A stretch of 64,000 nucleotides of DNA from Paraspadella gotoi (Eukaryota > Animalia > Chaetognatha), in the NCBI GenBank assembly GCA_051294375.1, contig CM119264.1:8616764-8680763 (forward strand), read 5' to 3'. The notes under the pieces were generated by a model. That model did no database searches. It was not told the DNA's origin and saw nothing but the letters and a program-made list of their open reading frames with translations. The position numbers and the translations under genes are program-made. Each line of letters opens with the position of its first letter. Position 1 is the stretch's first letter. Shown here piece after piece: positions 33,258 through 46,271 of the stretch.

Positions 33258-33647
33258 ATGGGGCTTCCGGACCCCGAACCGGAGGAAGACTTAGGGCGAG
33301 ACGTCGTTGGAGGAGGAGGAGGAAGAGGTGACATCGTCGACTCCTTGGATCAAAACGACAAGAATCAATTGTTTTCGCCGTCGTCGTCGGCGTCTCATCG
33401 CTTCCGGTCGGCGCGCGTCTCGCCGGAAATCGGCGCCGGTGAGATTGGGGACCAGGGGGTGGGTAGAGCAGGGGGTGTGGGGTAAGAGGAGTGGGAAGGT
33501 GGAGGCGTGGAGAAAAATGTGGAAAAGTGAAAAGAATGTGGATGAAGAAAGTGAATTGGAACGATGGAAAAAAAAATTTATTATGGTGGCAAATTAACGA
33601 GATAGATTGTGTAAGTAGCACTCTATTTAACGAAATAGTTAAATCTC

Positions 33648-33731
<84 letters not shown>

Positions 33732-36700
33732 AGAGAGAGAGACTTTCGATTTCCTGATTTTTAGCAAACTCACTTTTCATTCGCTTATTGTGTGTCATGC
33801 TTTTTACTCCCTTTTTGTCTTCTCCTGTTTATATTTCGTGGCTCGCGTTTGGCTTGTGTGGGAAACTTAATGTTTTCGCGCTTCCTGGTTGTCGACTACT
33901 AGTTTTTTGTTTTGTTTTTTTTGTTTTTTTTTCCCTCTCTTTTATGTTCTTCGAGTTAACCGGTGACGTTGACAGGTTTTTACTTTTAGAATGAGACGTA
34001 ATTTCTAATGAGCAGAGTTGTCGTCGGGCATTTCATAAGCTGATGGTATTACTCAAGGAGCCACTGAGTCCCGACTGAAGGTGTCATGCTAATAGGCGGG
34101 GTGAACTATGCATTGCATAATATGCGTTTCATAGTATGCAATGCCCGACTACAGAGTAACAGTGTGTACAGTACTGTACACCTTTGTTTCATTTGTCACT
34201 TCATATATTCTTACTGGGACCTTGGGGAGATCCTGATTGGGCGCCACTGGGATGATGGGTATCTAGCTAAAGGTAGGTTCTGACTAGTCTCTCATCAGGT
34301 AAAAGAGGTAAGTTGTGTAAGTATGTAATGGTGATAGGAAAACAGGTATAACAAGCGGTATCAAGGGTACATAAAAGGGGGAAGAAGGGAGAGGGAAGGT
34401 TTGCAGACCCCGAGACCGAGCTGAGTTGTTGTAATGCCGATCTCTAAGACTCTATCCGTGACTCCGGGGATGAAGAGGAGGGGACGACGAGGGGAGGAGG
34501 AGGAGGAGGCGTTGAGAGGGGGAAGAGAAGGCCCGGGGGAGAGAGAGGTTCTGGCGTTAGGGTGAGCCTCTATCCTTTCTTATTCTGGGTATTTGCTTGA
34601 TGGAAATTTTTTTAATATTGCAAGTAAGAGTTATGTTCATAACGGTTTTAGAATTTTATCTTAAAAGTTTCATAATTTTAATGATAGATTGATCTTAATC
34701 TCTTTTTCTTCAGTTAATATGTTTTTCCTAAAAAAAAACCTACGGCTTGTAAACTTTTCTTCTAGTATTTGGTTATCTTCAGTGATTGTTTTTCAGAAGC
34801 TTTCATAGTTGTTATCATCATGTCACGCGTTTTTATGTGCTCTTTCTTAAAACGATTTTTTCCTCGCTTTTTGTCAGCGTTCTTTTTGTTGTTTCCGCTC
34901 TTTACGCTCTGATTTTTTTTTTTATATTTCAGCGCCGCGTTTCTTTGTTGTTTTTCGCCATTTACTCCCTCGTATTTGCCTCGCGTTACTCTTTTATTTT
35001 TCCCATCCCGTTCTTTTGTTTGCTTTATTCTCCCTTTCTTTCCGCTCGGCGTCCAGTCGTCCCCGTCGGCCGTCGCCGCTTCGACGCCCTTTACGAACAC
35101 GCGACTCATTAAACTCGGATGCTCATTTTTCTCTCTCTCTCTCTCGCTGTCCCTTTTTCTGTCTCTCTTTTCAATATTTTCTTATTAAAAAAAAAAAAAG
35201 AGAAGAGAGAAAAACAATTGAAAACGGATATTTCCCTCCATTTTGACGGTCGACGATTGACGAGGATCAAAACGAGAACGTTAACGTTTTCCTCTTTTTT
35301 TTGTTATTCCGACAAATACCGCTCATCATTTCTCTTTCGACTGAAAAAATAGAATTTTTTTTCCTGAAGAGAAAACATAAAACTTGTTCTTGATTAAAAT
35401 CATGAGTTTGTCGCGTCGATCTTCGTCGAAAGGTAAACAAAAAAAAATAATGACCAATTTTAAAAAGAAAAACAAGTATTCATATCGATAAGTTTTTTTT
35501 TCTCATTTCAAATCTTCCGTAAATTCCAATGTTAAGCGGAATAATTTATTCTTTCGTACATCAATTAATCCATTTTCCCTTTCTTCTAAGTTTTACATAA
35601 TTATCAGCAAATTTACATTAGTAATTAGTAAGACGGCTTGCGTTTTACGAGCCACGTTTTTTCATCTCTCGAGTTTGTCCCGAACCAATTCCCAGCCAAC
35701 ATTAAATTTCCCTCGATACCTACTTTATTCACAGGCCTTCCACCTCAACCCCCAAACCCCGTTCTTTTCTCACCTCTCAATCCACCCCCCGTCCCACCTC
35801 ACATTCACCACCTCTCCTCCGCCACCCTTCCTCGTCCCTCACCCCCGGCCGTCGCTGGCCCTCGCCTTTACTCCCTTTCCTCGTCCTCTCCCTCGGCCCA
35901 ACTCGCGCTCCCTCATCACTTGGTCGCCCCCACCTCGCTCGACCATCGCCGATCCCCTTCCTCTTCCTCCTCCTCCTCCTCCTCCTCCTACTCCCACACC
36001 CCCGGATCAGAGTCCTTCGACGAAGGTAAGGCGGAGGGAAGCTTCGGCGCCGAGTGGGTCAACTTCACCCAGGGGACGTCCATTCACGGACTCACTTTCT
36101 TCTACGACTCAACTCCCTTTTGGATCAGGTGAGTTTGAAAGGGAAAGTAAGGGTTTGAGAATTGCAATCAGAAGTGTATGATGCTTTAAAAGTTTGGAGA
36201 TAGCACTGAGATGATAGCCTTAGTAAAATAAGCTAAGCTTTTTTAATATAAATAATGAATATAACAATTTCAATACCCCGTTTCTCTCTCTCTACATATC
36301 AGGCGCGCCCTCTGGGTTTTGATCTTCCTGGCGGCGTTGTCCGTCCTCCTAACGGCGCTCGTCTACAACGTCATCCATTACCTCGATTTCCCGAAATCAA
36401 TCGACGTTACCATGACGACGGAAAAGTCCAAAGTCTTCCCCGCCGTCACCATCTGCAACATGAATTCCTTTAGGTCGGACTAGTCCGTCCAGCTTTCTGC
36501 TTGTCTGTCTATTGGCATTTAATCTCAGTTCAAACTACCTTTCGTCTTTGAACAAATTCCAAACCTACAGTTTTTTTTTTCAGCCCGATGTATGTTCAAA
36601 ATTGTTCATATGTTCCTCTGGTGATCTCTCTGTCTGTCTTTCTCTCTGTCAGTCTCTTTATATGAATATATAAATATAATATATAATATATAATATAATA

Positions 36701-36898
36701 TATAAATATAAATATTAAAAATATTTCGAAACTAATTAAACCAGTATAAAACAGTTTTATTCCAATATCAAAAAAAAGAATCGATCACTACTTTAGATTG
36801 TCGAAAGCGGTTCAACTCAACTGGTTCAAACAGATTGACAAAACCTTCGGCGATTACGTCCCACCAAGGAACCGGACAGAGGACGATGATGTAAGGGC

Positions 36899-36948
<50 letters not shown>

Positions 36949-39900
36949 GTTAATTTTTCGATTCCACTAATCAGGACTCACTGGCTCCAATGAATTTCAC
37001 TTTGACAACAATGGCACCGGATACCAACTTAACGCTGAACGAGACATTTCATCACAACTGCACACAATTTAATGAAACGGACGCCGGTTCGTAATGTTAT
37101 CGGAAGGAACGTAATTTAAGTCAATGTAAAGTTTAAAAAATAATTTATAATTAATCTCGNNNNNNNNNNATTAATCTCGTTTGGGGAACTATATCTTATA
37201 TCTTTATATCTTTCTATATATTTTGGTTTTTCCCGTAATTCCTGCCACACCTTCCCTTCCTCCCCTGGTCTCCAGAGGCGGGCGTGTCTACCCTGACCTC
37301 AAAGGAGCTCTACAAGTGCTTGGGTCAACGCAAGGAGGACCTCATCCTCAAGTGCACTTGGGGCACGACGGACTGCGACCTGGAGAAAGATTTCGTTCAC
37401 GTCCTCACGGATGCAGGATATTGTTTCACTTTTAATCACGACGAATCTAAAGAGTCCTCTTCCACCGGTGAGTCGTCGTCGTCGTCGTCGTCGTCGACAT
37501 TATCGCCGTCGACATTGGCGCCCATTTAATTTCCATCAACTACTGATTATCTGTAACTCAGAAGTGACCTGTTTAATTGATTATTGTTTGGCGAATACTT
37601 ATTGGCCCAAGCTGCGCGTGATACCCTCACGAAAAAATAGGACACTGTATCCATGAGTATCGTTCTGTGGGATTGCCGGTTTGCTGTGAGGGCGAAATGC
37701 GCATTCCAACGTCTCGAACTTTCAATGATGCATATGGACACTTGCCACGCGCGCCGAAGCAATAAAGTCCGTCTTGGCGTTGTTCTTGTTCCACCTTCGC
37801 CGCTACTGGCAGCGACGTCAGGGGCGGCAGCGGCGGCGGCTTATCCGCCCTTCTTCGCTTTGCTCCTGACGTTTCTGTCAAAGAAACTCAAAGTTCCGCT
37901 TCGTTTCTTTGAAATCCGAAGAGATTCAATTACTGTTAGTTACTTCGTTGTCGTGAGAAAAGAGGAAGTGGGTGGAGGAAGAGAAAGAAGTAGTTTCGTG
38001 TGAAGAAAGAAGTATAGAACTTGGAGAGAAAAATGGAAAGAAGAAGGAATAAAGTGAGGAAGGAATTGGAGGAAAGAAAAGAGAATGTTTTGTGGGAAAG
38101 AAGAGATAGGAATGAAACGAGGAGAGAAAATTGAAAGAAGGAGGAATAAAGTGAGGAAGGAATGGGAGGAAAGAAAAAGAATGTTTGTGGGAAAGAAGAG
38201 ATAGGAATGAAACGAGGAGAGGAAAATGGAAAGAAGGATGAATAAAGTGAGGAAGGAATGGGAGGAAAGAAAGAGAACGTTTTGTGGGAAAGAAGAGATA
38301 GGAATGAAACGAGGAGAGAAAAATGGAAAGAAGGATGAATAAAGTGAGGAAGGAATGGGAGGAAAGAAAAGAGAATGTTTTGTGGAAAGAAGAGATAGGA
38401 ATGAAACGAGGAGAGAAAAATGGAAAGAGAGGAAATAAAGTGAGGAAGGAATGGGAGGAAAGAAAAGAGAATGTTTTGTGAGGAAAAAAAAATGGGGAGG
38501 AGGAGGAGGAAGAACGTTAGGAGGAAGGGAGAGCAATGAGAGAACGGATTAAAAGGTTTTTCTTTCTAATCGATTCCCAGGCTTTTAACGAATTCAAGGC
38601 AAAAGGTTTCTTTTACGATTATTTGTTCCGGCTTTTTTGAGGCGTCTGTGATTGGGCAACGGTTTGAGAATTTTCGAAACGTACGTTATTTATGGGAGCG
38701 ACCCGTAAATTTTAGACGGTAGTTGTTTGTGCCTCTTGAGAATTCGTTTTACTTTTTATTTGCTGACTTTAGTCTTTACTTAAAATGGCGCTCAGATTTT
38801 GGAACAGGTTGGTAAGTTTTATTTATCAACAACAATTGGCGACGAGGAAGAGATAAAAATATTTGTTTACAATTAAAAACGGCGTGAAATTAATTATTTA
38901 ATTTCGAGTTTAAAAAAGTAAAATCGTGACTTTAAAAACAATTATAAACCCACCCCCCAACGCAGTTAAAAGCGTTGAACGCCTTGGGTCTTCAAGAGGC
39001 ATAAGTTTCTCTCTCGCGAGACGTTTAAACAATAAAAATAATCGCGATATCTTCACATACGAATCGAATCTTCGCGGGAAACGGGCGAGGCAGAACCCAG
39101 ATATTAACTCGTCGGCGAGTCCCACGGCCACGGTCGTGTCTCGTCATGACGGGCGTAACAGTAGTAATTTTAAACATAAAAATATAAAATTCTGAAGATA
39201 TATGACATTTTTTTTATTTTAAAATTTTAAAATTCACTCTTTGAATGAAAGAGAAGCGTTTTTGAGAAGAATTTCAAAATTCCATCGACAGTAGATCAAC
39301 AGTATTTTTTTTCTTTCAAATCAGTAGTTGCGATCATTTAATAATATTTTCTTAATGTTCTCGTTATCTTTTGTCGATCGCTTCTATAGTCGCTTTTTCT
39401 GTCCTTCATAACCGAAGTAACGACTTTCCATTCCATTTGCGTCTTGGCGACGACGACGAAGACGACGATGACAACGACGAGGGCAACCACGACAACGAAG
39501 ACGAGACGACGTTTACTAAACGAGTTTGTTATGAAAAAAAATTATATTGAAAGCACCGAAGACGATTAACCTTATTTTCTTCATCTACAAACGCTAAATA
39601 AAATGAGTTTGAATGGGTTTTGGACTGCCGCTGCATTTGTTCATGTCCTATTTTCAATTTAATCTATCGACATTCAGATGATAATGATGATGTTTGTTTG
39701 TTGATAATTAAACGATGATGTAATTAGTTTTTTGTCTCTTTCTCGAATCCCGAATCCTCCCTCTCTTCAATGTCTTATCTTCTTCTTCTTCTTCTTCTTC
39801 TACTTCTTCTTCTTCTTCTTCTCCCTCTTCTCCTTCTTCTCCTTCTTCTCCTTCTCCGCTTTGCCCGCTTTTCTTCCTTTCAATTACTCAATTAGTCCTT

Positions 39901-41591
39901 TTCTTCTTCGATAAACTTTAATTTGATATGCGTTTAGAATTAGTTGTAAAGAAAACTAAACAAAAAACGCCAACAAACCATAGCTTTCTTTTGTTTTTGC
40001 CTTTTTGGCTCATATAAGCAAAAAAATGATACCCAACTTTATTTCATGTTTTAAAGGGACGGCGCAGGGCGTGTCCCTCCTGATGAATGTGGAGAGCTAC
40101 GAATCGATGAGCGGACCGACGATGTCTTCCGGAGTGAGAGTCATGCTTCACACCAGCGAAGAGAAGAATCCTCTCGTGCAGGAGTTGGGCTACTCCGTTT
40201 CCAGGTAACGAGGTTGGCCAACAACGAAACCGACTGTCGGCTATATATGTATATGCCAGGCGAATGGCAGGGACTTACTGTATAACTCTTGAGCATTGGA
40301 ATTATGGACAGTTTTTTTCTGTAGGCAAAATTATCAGCAGATACCATCAGCTTAACACTCTTTTAGTATTGGTTCAATAATTCAATAATTCAACAATTCA
40401 TTAAAATACTTTAACGTTTTTCAATTAACATTGATTAATAATAAATCATGAAAAATTAAGCGGAACCCACACGACTTTCGCCATCACATCTGATAAAGAA
40501 ACGAGAGTGAAACCTCCGTATGGCGAATGCCAATCGTCTTATCTTGGTTAGTTAATGATGATGATTATGATTATAAAAAAATAATATATAATTTAACTAT
40601 TAACCCCTTTCTTATCGAACAGTCGATGGCAAAGAGGTTGCCTATTCGGAGAGCCAGTGCCGTCGCAACTGCGACTTGCGGCAAATGAACGCCACCTGCG
40701 GCTGCATCGACGCCTTCATGGAAGACATCAACGTCAACGGGTCCAAGCTCTGCACGCTGGCCGACGCCCGTGACTGCACCAACCCGCGAGCCATGGAACT
40801 GAGGGAAATGGCGAGCGGCTGCAAGGAGCTTTGCGTGGTTCCTTGCAAGGCGACCATCTTCAATCCGGTATACTCATTCTCGACCCTGACCTTCGTCCAG
40901 GTGAGTTTTCCCCGTTACTTTTTTCGCAGCTTCATCTCTCATCTTTACTTTCCCACGCCCTTACTTTCCAAGGCAACGAAACTCATCGACCCTGCGACCC
41001 GATCTGAACTGATCTCGCGGCAACGTCTCGCCCGCGATTTCGCCTCCAAAGTCCGCGACATCTGGTTCATCCCCGACCAGATACTTATCGACGCCGTCAT
41101 CCGGGACTACGAGGCTTTCCACGTGGCGTTGCTCAAGTGGGTCTTCGATGTTGAACAACTGACATGTTTTTTCGTCTCTCTAAAGCGGTCTTTTTTTAAT
41201 TTAGTTTTTTTGGGTATAATTTATTCATTTTTAACTTTCTCATTTAAGTAAGAAAAACTTGCCCTGCGAGGGAGGGAGGCCATACAGCGACTAAGAGTGA
41301 AAGAGAGAGAGAGAGAGAAAGAGAAGGAGAAAGCAAGAGAGAGGGCTTCCCTGAAGGTCGGAGTCTTCGCCCTCTTCTTAATCGACACTTCCTCTTTCAC
41401 CCCAACCCCCACCCCTTACCCTTCCTTCAGATTTCTCGAGTTGGCGGCGACGACGGCGTCGAGCGTCGATAGAGAGACGGAGTGCTTGGACGAAGCCAGG
41501 AGCGAGACGGAGGTGGCTGTCGTCGCTGCCAAGCACGCCGCCGACGGAGAACATTTGAGCTTGGTGAGACGACGACCAATATGACGACGAC

Positions 41592-41640
<49 letters not shown>

Positions 41641-43780
41641 TTGGTGATAATGATGATAATAATAATATACTTGAAATCTCTCTATCTCCCGAACAGGTCG
41701 AAAAAATAGAGGGAGCCCAGAGCGAGATACTTTCGTTGACTCTGACGGAGATTATGACTCATATCAAATCCATGACAGCGATGACTCTGAAAAAGATTTT
41801 CATACAGGAACCGGCAGTGACCGAATTCGAGACGACGAGAGCGCGTGAGTGCGGGATGAAAAGAAAAGAAGGGAGGAAAGAGGGAAAGAATGAAGAAATT
41901 AAGAAAAGAAAGAGGGAAAGAAAGATGGAAGGAAAGAAGGTAGGAACAAAGAAAAGTAAAGGCAAGGAAGTAATGAATGAGGAAAGGAAGAAAAAAAGGT
42001 TAAAAATAGTATGAAAGAAAAGCAGGAAGGAATCGAGGTTGGAAGGAAGGTAGAAAGAAGGCAAGGTGGGAAGGAATAAAGGAAAGAGGGGAATAAAGAA
42101 AGTTAAAAAAGAAGGTAGCTAAAAAGGTAAGGAGAAAGAATTTAAAGAAGGTCATAACGAAATTTAAATAGGTTGGATAGGAAGCAGATAGGGAGATATA
42201 TGGACTAAGAAAAGAATGAAAAGATATTAAACCCAATAAATTTCTCTATATAAAAATTAAAGTAATTGAAAACGAAAAAAAAGCAAAGAAAAAAAGCAAA
42301 ATGAATCAAACTACTTTTAGTAACATTTAAGTCTAACTCAGAGGATGTGACCGACCTCATCACGGCGGCGAACGACGACGATCACCAGACGGAGACGCTG
42401 CTCAACTTGACGGCGTTGTCGACTCAACTTAAGATGACAATCATCATCCAAGCGGAGACCATCAAGGCCATGGAGAACAATCTGCAGTCGCTGAATCATT
42501 CCAGCGAACACGTTAGTCTTGCCAGGCGGGAGACAAGATTAAGAGCGAGACGCGTCTGTCTTATTCGCTTTATCTCTCTCTCTCTCCCTCTCTCTCTCTC
42601 TCTATCTCGCAGGTGGGAGAATTGGTTGACAAGGCGAAATTGTACGTGGATGGTAAAAATGAGACTCACCCGCCCACTTACCTGAAAACAAAATTGGCAG
42701 AGGACTTTGTGTCGGACTTGAGCGCGCTTACTCTGCAGGTACGAGAAAAAAAAAAAAAAGAGAGAGAGAGAGAGAGAGATTCTGCTTTCAATCTTTCGGA
42801 AAGTTAAATTTACGTTTTCTCCTCGCGTGGAATTCTCGGAAATGACTTGAACCCTTTCCTCAGCGCCTCACCCTTAACATGAGCGGAATGCAAATGGCGC
42901 TGGAGTCGTTCTTCTCTCAGAACTTGATTTTCCAATCGGTGAAGTCGCAGATGTGCGACGGGATGATCGACTGCACAGAGTGCAACAATAAAACAGGTAA
43001 TTAATTGAGACGTCGAAATCTTGTGGGTAGTTGGTGGAAAACTGAGCTCACTAATGAATAAATAGATTGATGAACAGAAAATGTTATTTGTGTAAGGCAA
43101 TGAATGAATTATAAAATAAATACAAGGGAGAAGGAATGAATGTATGAATTTAAGTAAACCTTTTAAACGAATCAACTAACCCTATGAATGAATATAAAAA
43201 AAATAGCTGCTAAAAGAATATACGTACCAAGGTAGGTCCTTGCGATGGTATATAATGTAATACAAATCTACTTTGGATTTTCATTTGCAGACGGTGAATC
43301 CGTTGCGACGCAGCTGAAGGAAGACTTCGTCGCAGCGCAGACGAGACTCAAATCGTTTCTCGTTCTCATCGATAAATTTCAATCTCGATTGCGGGACTAC
43401 AAAGACTCGATAGAATTCACCGAGGATTTCGTCACGTAAGGGGGGGGGGAGAATTGTGATTTAAAATTCTTAACTCGAGTTTTTTGATTTTACCCTCTGT
43501 TCAGACGAAACATTTTACAAGTTGACATTTATTACCGTGGCCTCAGCACAACAGAAATTCAACAAAAGAGGATCTACATGTTACAGGATTTATTCAGTGA
43601 GTGTGAAAGAGATGCAGTGAAACTGTGAAAGTGTTTCTTCTCAGTCATCGATCTTTTTCGTCGTTCCTTCAGGCGACTTTCGGTGGACTGATGGGTTTGT
43701 GCATCGGAGCATCGCTCATCTCAGTTTTAGAAATATTCGATTTTCTCATTCATTTCGCGCTTAAAAAAATATTCTTGTAG
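33258..43780 (+). CDS. DEG/ENaC (ASIC-like) amiloride-sensitive channel subunit with large extracellular insertion (~957 aa; one apparent +1 indel in the last exon)
   Basis: 18 exons: 33258-33438, 35735-36128, 36303-36473, 36797-36890, 36975-37086, 37276-37467, 40057-40204, 40461-40546, 40623-40900, 40973-41136, 41431-41563, 41697-41844, 42342-42511, 42613-42738, 42864-42996, 43291-43435, 43505-43596, 43673-43780. Motifs: TSIHG, TM1 RALWVLIFLAAL, FPAVTICNMN, GYCFTFN, PPYGEC, Cys-rich thumb, NILQVDIYY, (S)DFGGLMGLCIGASLISVLE. Confidence 0.92.
34019..34181. mobile_element. Short MITE/HINE-like element
   Basis: Inverted repeats tgtcgtcgggcatttcata / tatgcaatgcccgactaca followed by the hairpin gtgtacagtactgtacac. 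Confidence 0.45.
38003..38480. repeat. Purine-rich ~95-bp minisatellite, about 5 copies, intronic
   Basis: Unit aataaagtgaggaaggaatgggaggaaagaaaagagaatgttttgtgggaaagaagagataggaatgaaacgaggagag repeated. Confidence 0.9.
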
Positions 43781-44176
43781 CAGTCTCCAAATTTGACAAT
43801 ATAGCTTTTTTCATTCTAAATTTTTTTTTATTCACACTTCGATCGTGAAATCAAACTGCGAACTTCCGGAACATCAAATCAAATGCGATTTTTGGTGGAA
43901 TTAATTCATTTTTTATTTCTATTTTACTTTTAATCACTTCTAACGTTGTTGCTGTTTCTATCGCTTTTGTAATGTATTTTTCAATTGATTATATTTTCCT
44001 TAATCTAGAAACAAGAAATTTTGATTTTCATCCTGCATAATCAAGCTAGGACTACACCCAGTAATCTGGATTTTTGATCAAATCAATAAGGGATCTGTTG
44101 CTATCATATAGACCAATAATGCCAAGATCAATTTCAATCAATACTATCACCATATCTTTCATATTACCTTATTTAT

Positions 44177-44800
44177 TAGTTGCGTCGCGAATACTCGCGA
44201 AGCAACTCTATAAATCACTTTTCGGTCGGTCTGTCTGTCGCTCTGTTGGTCGGTTTGTCTGTCCGTCTGTTTGTCCCGCTTACGTTAAAAATATATACAA
44301 TTTGAGTATAGTTAATTTATCTAATAATTAATTCATAATAATTAATAAAAATTAAAAATAATAATAATAATAATATTAATAATAATTGATCTAATAATTA
44401 ATTTAATTGATCTAAGGTACTACTAGCGTCGCCTTTAGGAAACTATAAAACTATAAGGTGAAGAGACAGTAATTATTGATAAGTGTTAATGACAGAACCA
44501 TTCAATATAAGCAGTCCCTGAGCTTCGGATCAGGCTGTAACACCATGTTACAGGCGGGTTAAACGCCCCGTCCCTCTTAACTGCCAGACGACCACCGGGC
44601 TAGAACCCCGGACCTTTGGGTTGGGAAGCGATTGACTTGCCTCCGGCACCAATGGCCACTGATGAACGGTTGGTGGATTTTAATCCACCATAAAGGAATA
44701 AACACACGAGCTAAGAAAGTTAATGTTGTCATGTCATGTCGCCTCATGTCCAATCACGAGAAATACACGAAATGCCGCAGTCACTGCGGCGAAACACATT
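44177..44800 (+). mobile_element. HINE/DINE-1-like element, copy 3 (with nested SINE)
   Basis: 5' gttgcgtcgcgaatactcgcgaagcaac, GTCG/GTCT microsatellite, 3' gtcactgcggcgaaacacatt, same as copies 1 and 2. Confidence 0.6.
44503..44691 (-). mobile_element. tRNA-derived SINE-like repeat, copy 1
   Basis: Minus strand has an A-box-like TGGTGCCGGAGG and a B-box GGTTCTAGCCC, plus a terminal hairpin tggtggattaaaatccacca. A second copy lies at 51380-51562. Confidence 0.65.
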
Positions 44801-44833
44801 TGAATTACCGTTCTCGTTTTAGAAGTTTTAGCT

Positions 44834-46243
44834 TCAGACGTATGACGTTTGTTTTTCCTTGAAAAACTTAATGGTATTTTTCCTGATGTCTAGAAAAAAG
44901 TCTACCGACATCGCCTTCAAAGATTTTTCAGTGAGCGCCCAGTACAAAACGTAGGAAGCGACGGAAATGTCAGAGCAAGTTGGTCCGTAGCCATCGCGTT
45001 CGATTTCAACGACGAGGTTTTTCCCGCGGGAAAACTCTAACCGCCTCGATCGATCGTCCTGGCCAAAATACGTGTAAAAGTGTTGGGCCCGGTCGTTCTT
45101 GAAGGCTGAAGGCAGAGTTCCCCAGACGTCGTAAATGGCGAGGGTTTTATTCTCCGCCGTCGACTTATCAATGAGGTCGTCCACTTCCTTCTCCAAAGTC
45201 TCGCGGTGGACCCGCTTTTCGGCGACGCAGGGACGATCGTTGATGCTGATGGGGACGAGTGATCGATTCACCAGGACGTGAAGTGAGGTGGTGGCTCTTG
45301 TGAGAGCGAAACTCACATCGTGATAGACAGAGAAATACGTCGCCACGTCGATCAAAACCAGGAGACACGGAAACTCGCATCCCAGTACTTCCGTGTAATC
45401 ACGAAAGATTATGTTCTTCCTGCAAAGATTTTCGTCATAGACTTTGCATTCTTCTAATGCTCGTTGCAATTTTTCCTGCAGGAAATAATGCGAGCGACAA
45501 AAGACGAAAATCTCGAGTTTGTTAATTCTCCTCATCATCTCTAAAGCTTCGGCGATCCAAGCTTTTCGATCGTTGGAGTCGTCTTCGATCGTCTCGATCA
45601 CCGGCGGACTTTTCTCCCAGCTGATTGCAGAGGAAATTTCGATCCTAGATTTCGCCATGAGGTCATTGCAGTTGTGAAAATCGGCATTGAGCTTGGCGAT
45701 GGCCCTGGACGCTCTTAGACTCCCCCCGAGTTCGAAATGCTTCACAGCTTTCTTAGATCCTTCAAGCGTCATCGCTTTGGCGATGTTATTCCTGACGAGC
45801 TTATCCGAAGAAAAAAAGAAGATGGATTGATCCGTGACTTTGTCAAAAATCTCCCTTTCCTGATCGTGGATGCTCCCATCCTCATTGATTTGGAATTCGT
45901 CGAAAAGGATGAGTTTGAAATCGTCCATGTTTTTGGGCGGATGATGACCAATGTAAATCCTCTCGTCCATTTTTTTTTCTTTCGTAAACGATTCTTGGAC
46001 TTCACTCTTCAACTGGAGCAGGTCGTGCAAGATTCTCACGAAGACTTTTCCATCGGGATGAATTGTGAGAAAATCCTTGGCGACTTTGAGCAAGACCATC
46101 GTCTTTCCGCTGCCGCTGCATCCGGTGACGGAAACGAGAGGCGATTCGCCTTTAGAGAAGGAATTCCTCGCCTCTTTAACGACCTCCATCTGCTTAGAGG
46201 TCCAGGTGCAAACGTTCGGTGCACCGAACTCCTGCTTCATCAT
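44834..46243 (-). CDS. SF1/Schlafen-like P-loop helicase domain (C-terminal part of a probable single ~945-aa intronless ORF)
   Basis: 469-aa ORF with Walker A GCSGSGKT, Walker B LILFDEFQ, LRASRAI, VLGCEFPCLLV and FALTRATTSLHVL (SF1 motifs V/VI-like). Confidence 0.85.
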   Translation of the reverse strand: MMKQEFGAPNVCTWTSKQMEVVKEARNSFSKGESPLVSVTGCSGSGKTMVLLKVAKDFLTIHPDGKVFVRILHDLLQLKSEVQESFTKEKKMDERIYIGHHPPKNMDDFKLILFDEFQINEDGSIHDQEREIFDKVTDQSIFFFSSDKLVRNNIAKAMTLEGSKKAVKHFELGGSLRASRAIAKLNADFHNCNDLMAKSRIEISSAISWEKSPPVIETIEDDSNDRKAWIAEALEMMRRINKLEIFVFCRSHYFLQEKLQRALEECKVYDENLCRKNIIFRDYTEVLGCEFPCLLVLIDVATYFSVYHDVSFALTRATTSLHVLVNRSLVPISINDRPCVAEKRVHRETLEKEVDDLIDKSTAENKTLAIYDVWGTLPSAFKNDRAQHFYTYFGQDDRSRRLEFSRGKNLVVEIERDGYGPTCSDISVASYVLYWALTEKSLKAMSVDFFLDIRKNTIKFFKEKQTSYV

Positions 46244-46271
46244 TTTTCGGTGAATGAGGATGTCCTCACTC

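Noticed and set aside
37940-38536. 198-aa hydrophobic ORF
   Set aside because: It is the antisense translation of the ~95-bp minisatellite.
44590-44660. tRNA gene
   Set aside because: A/B boxes are present but there is no convincing cloverleaf, and it is embedded in a dispersed repeat, so I treated it as a SINE.
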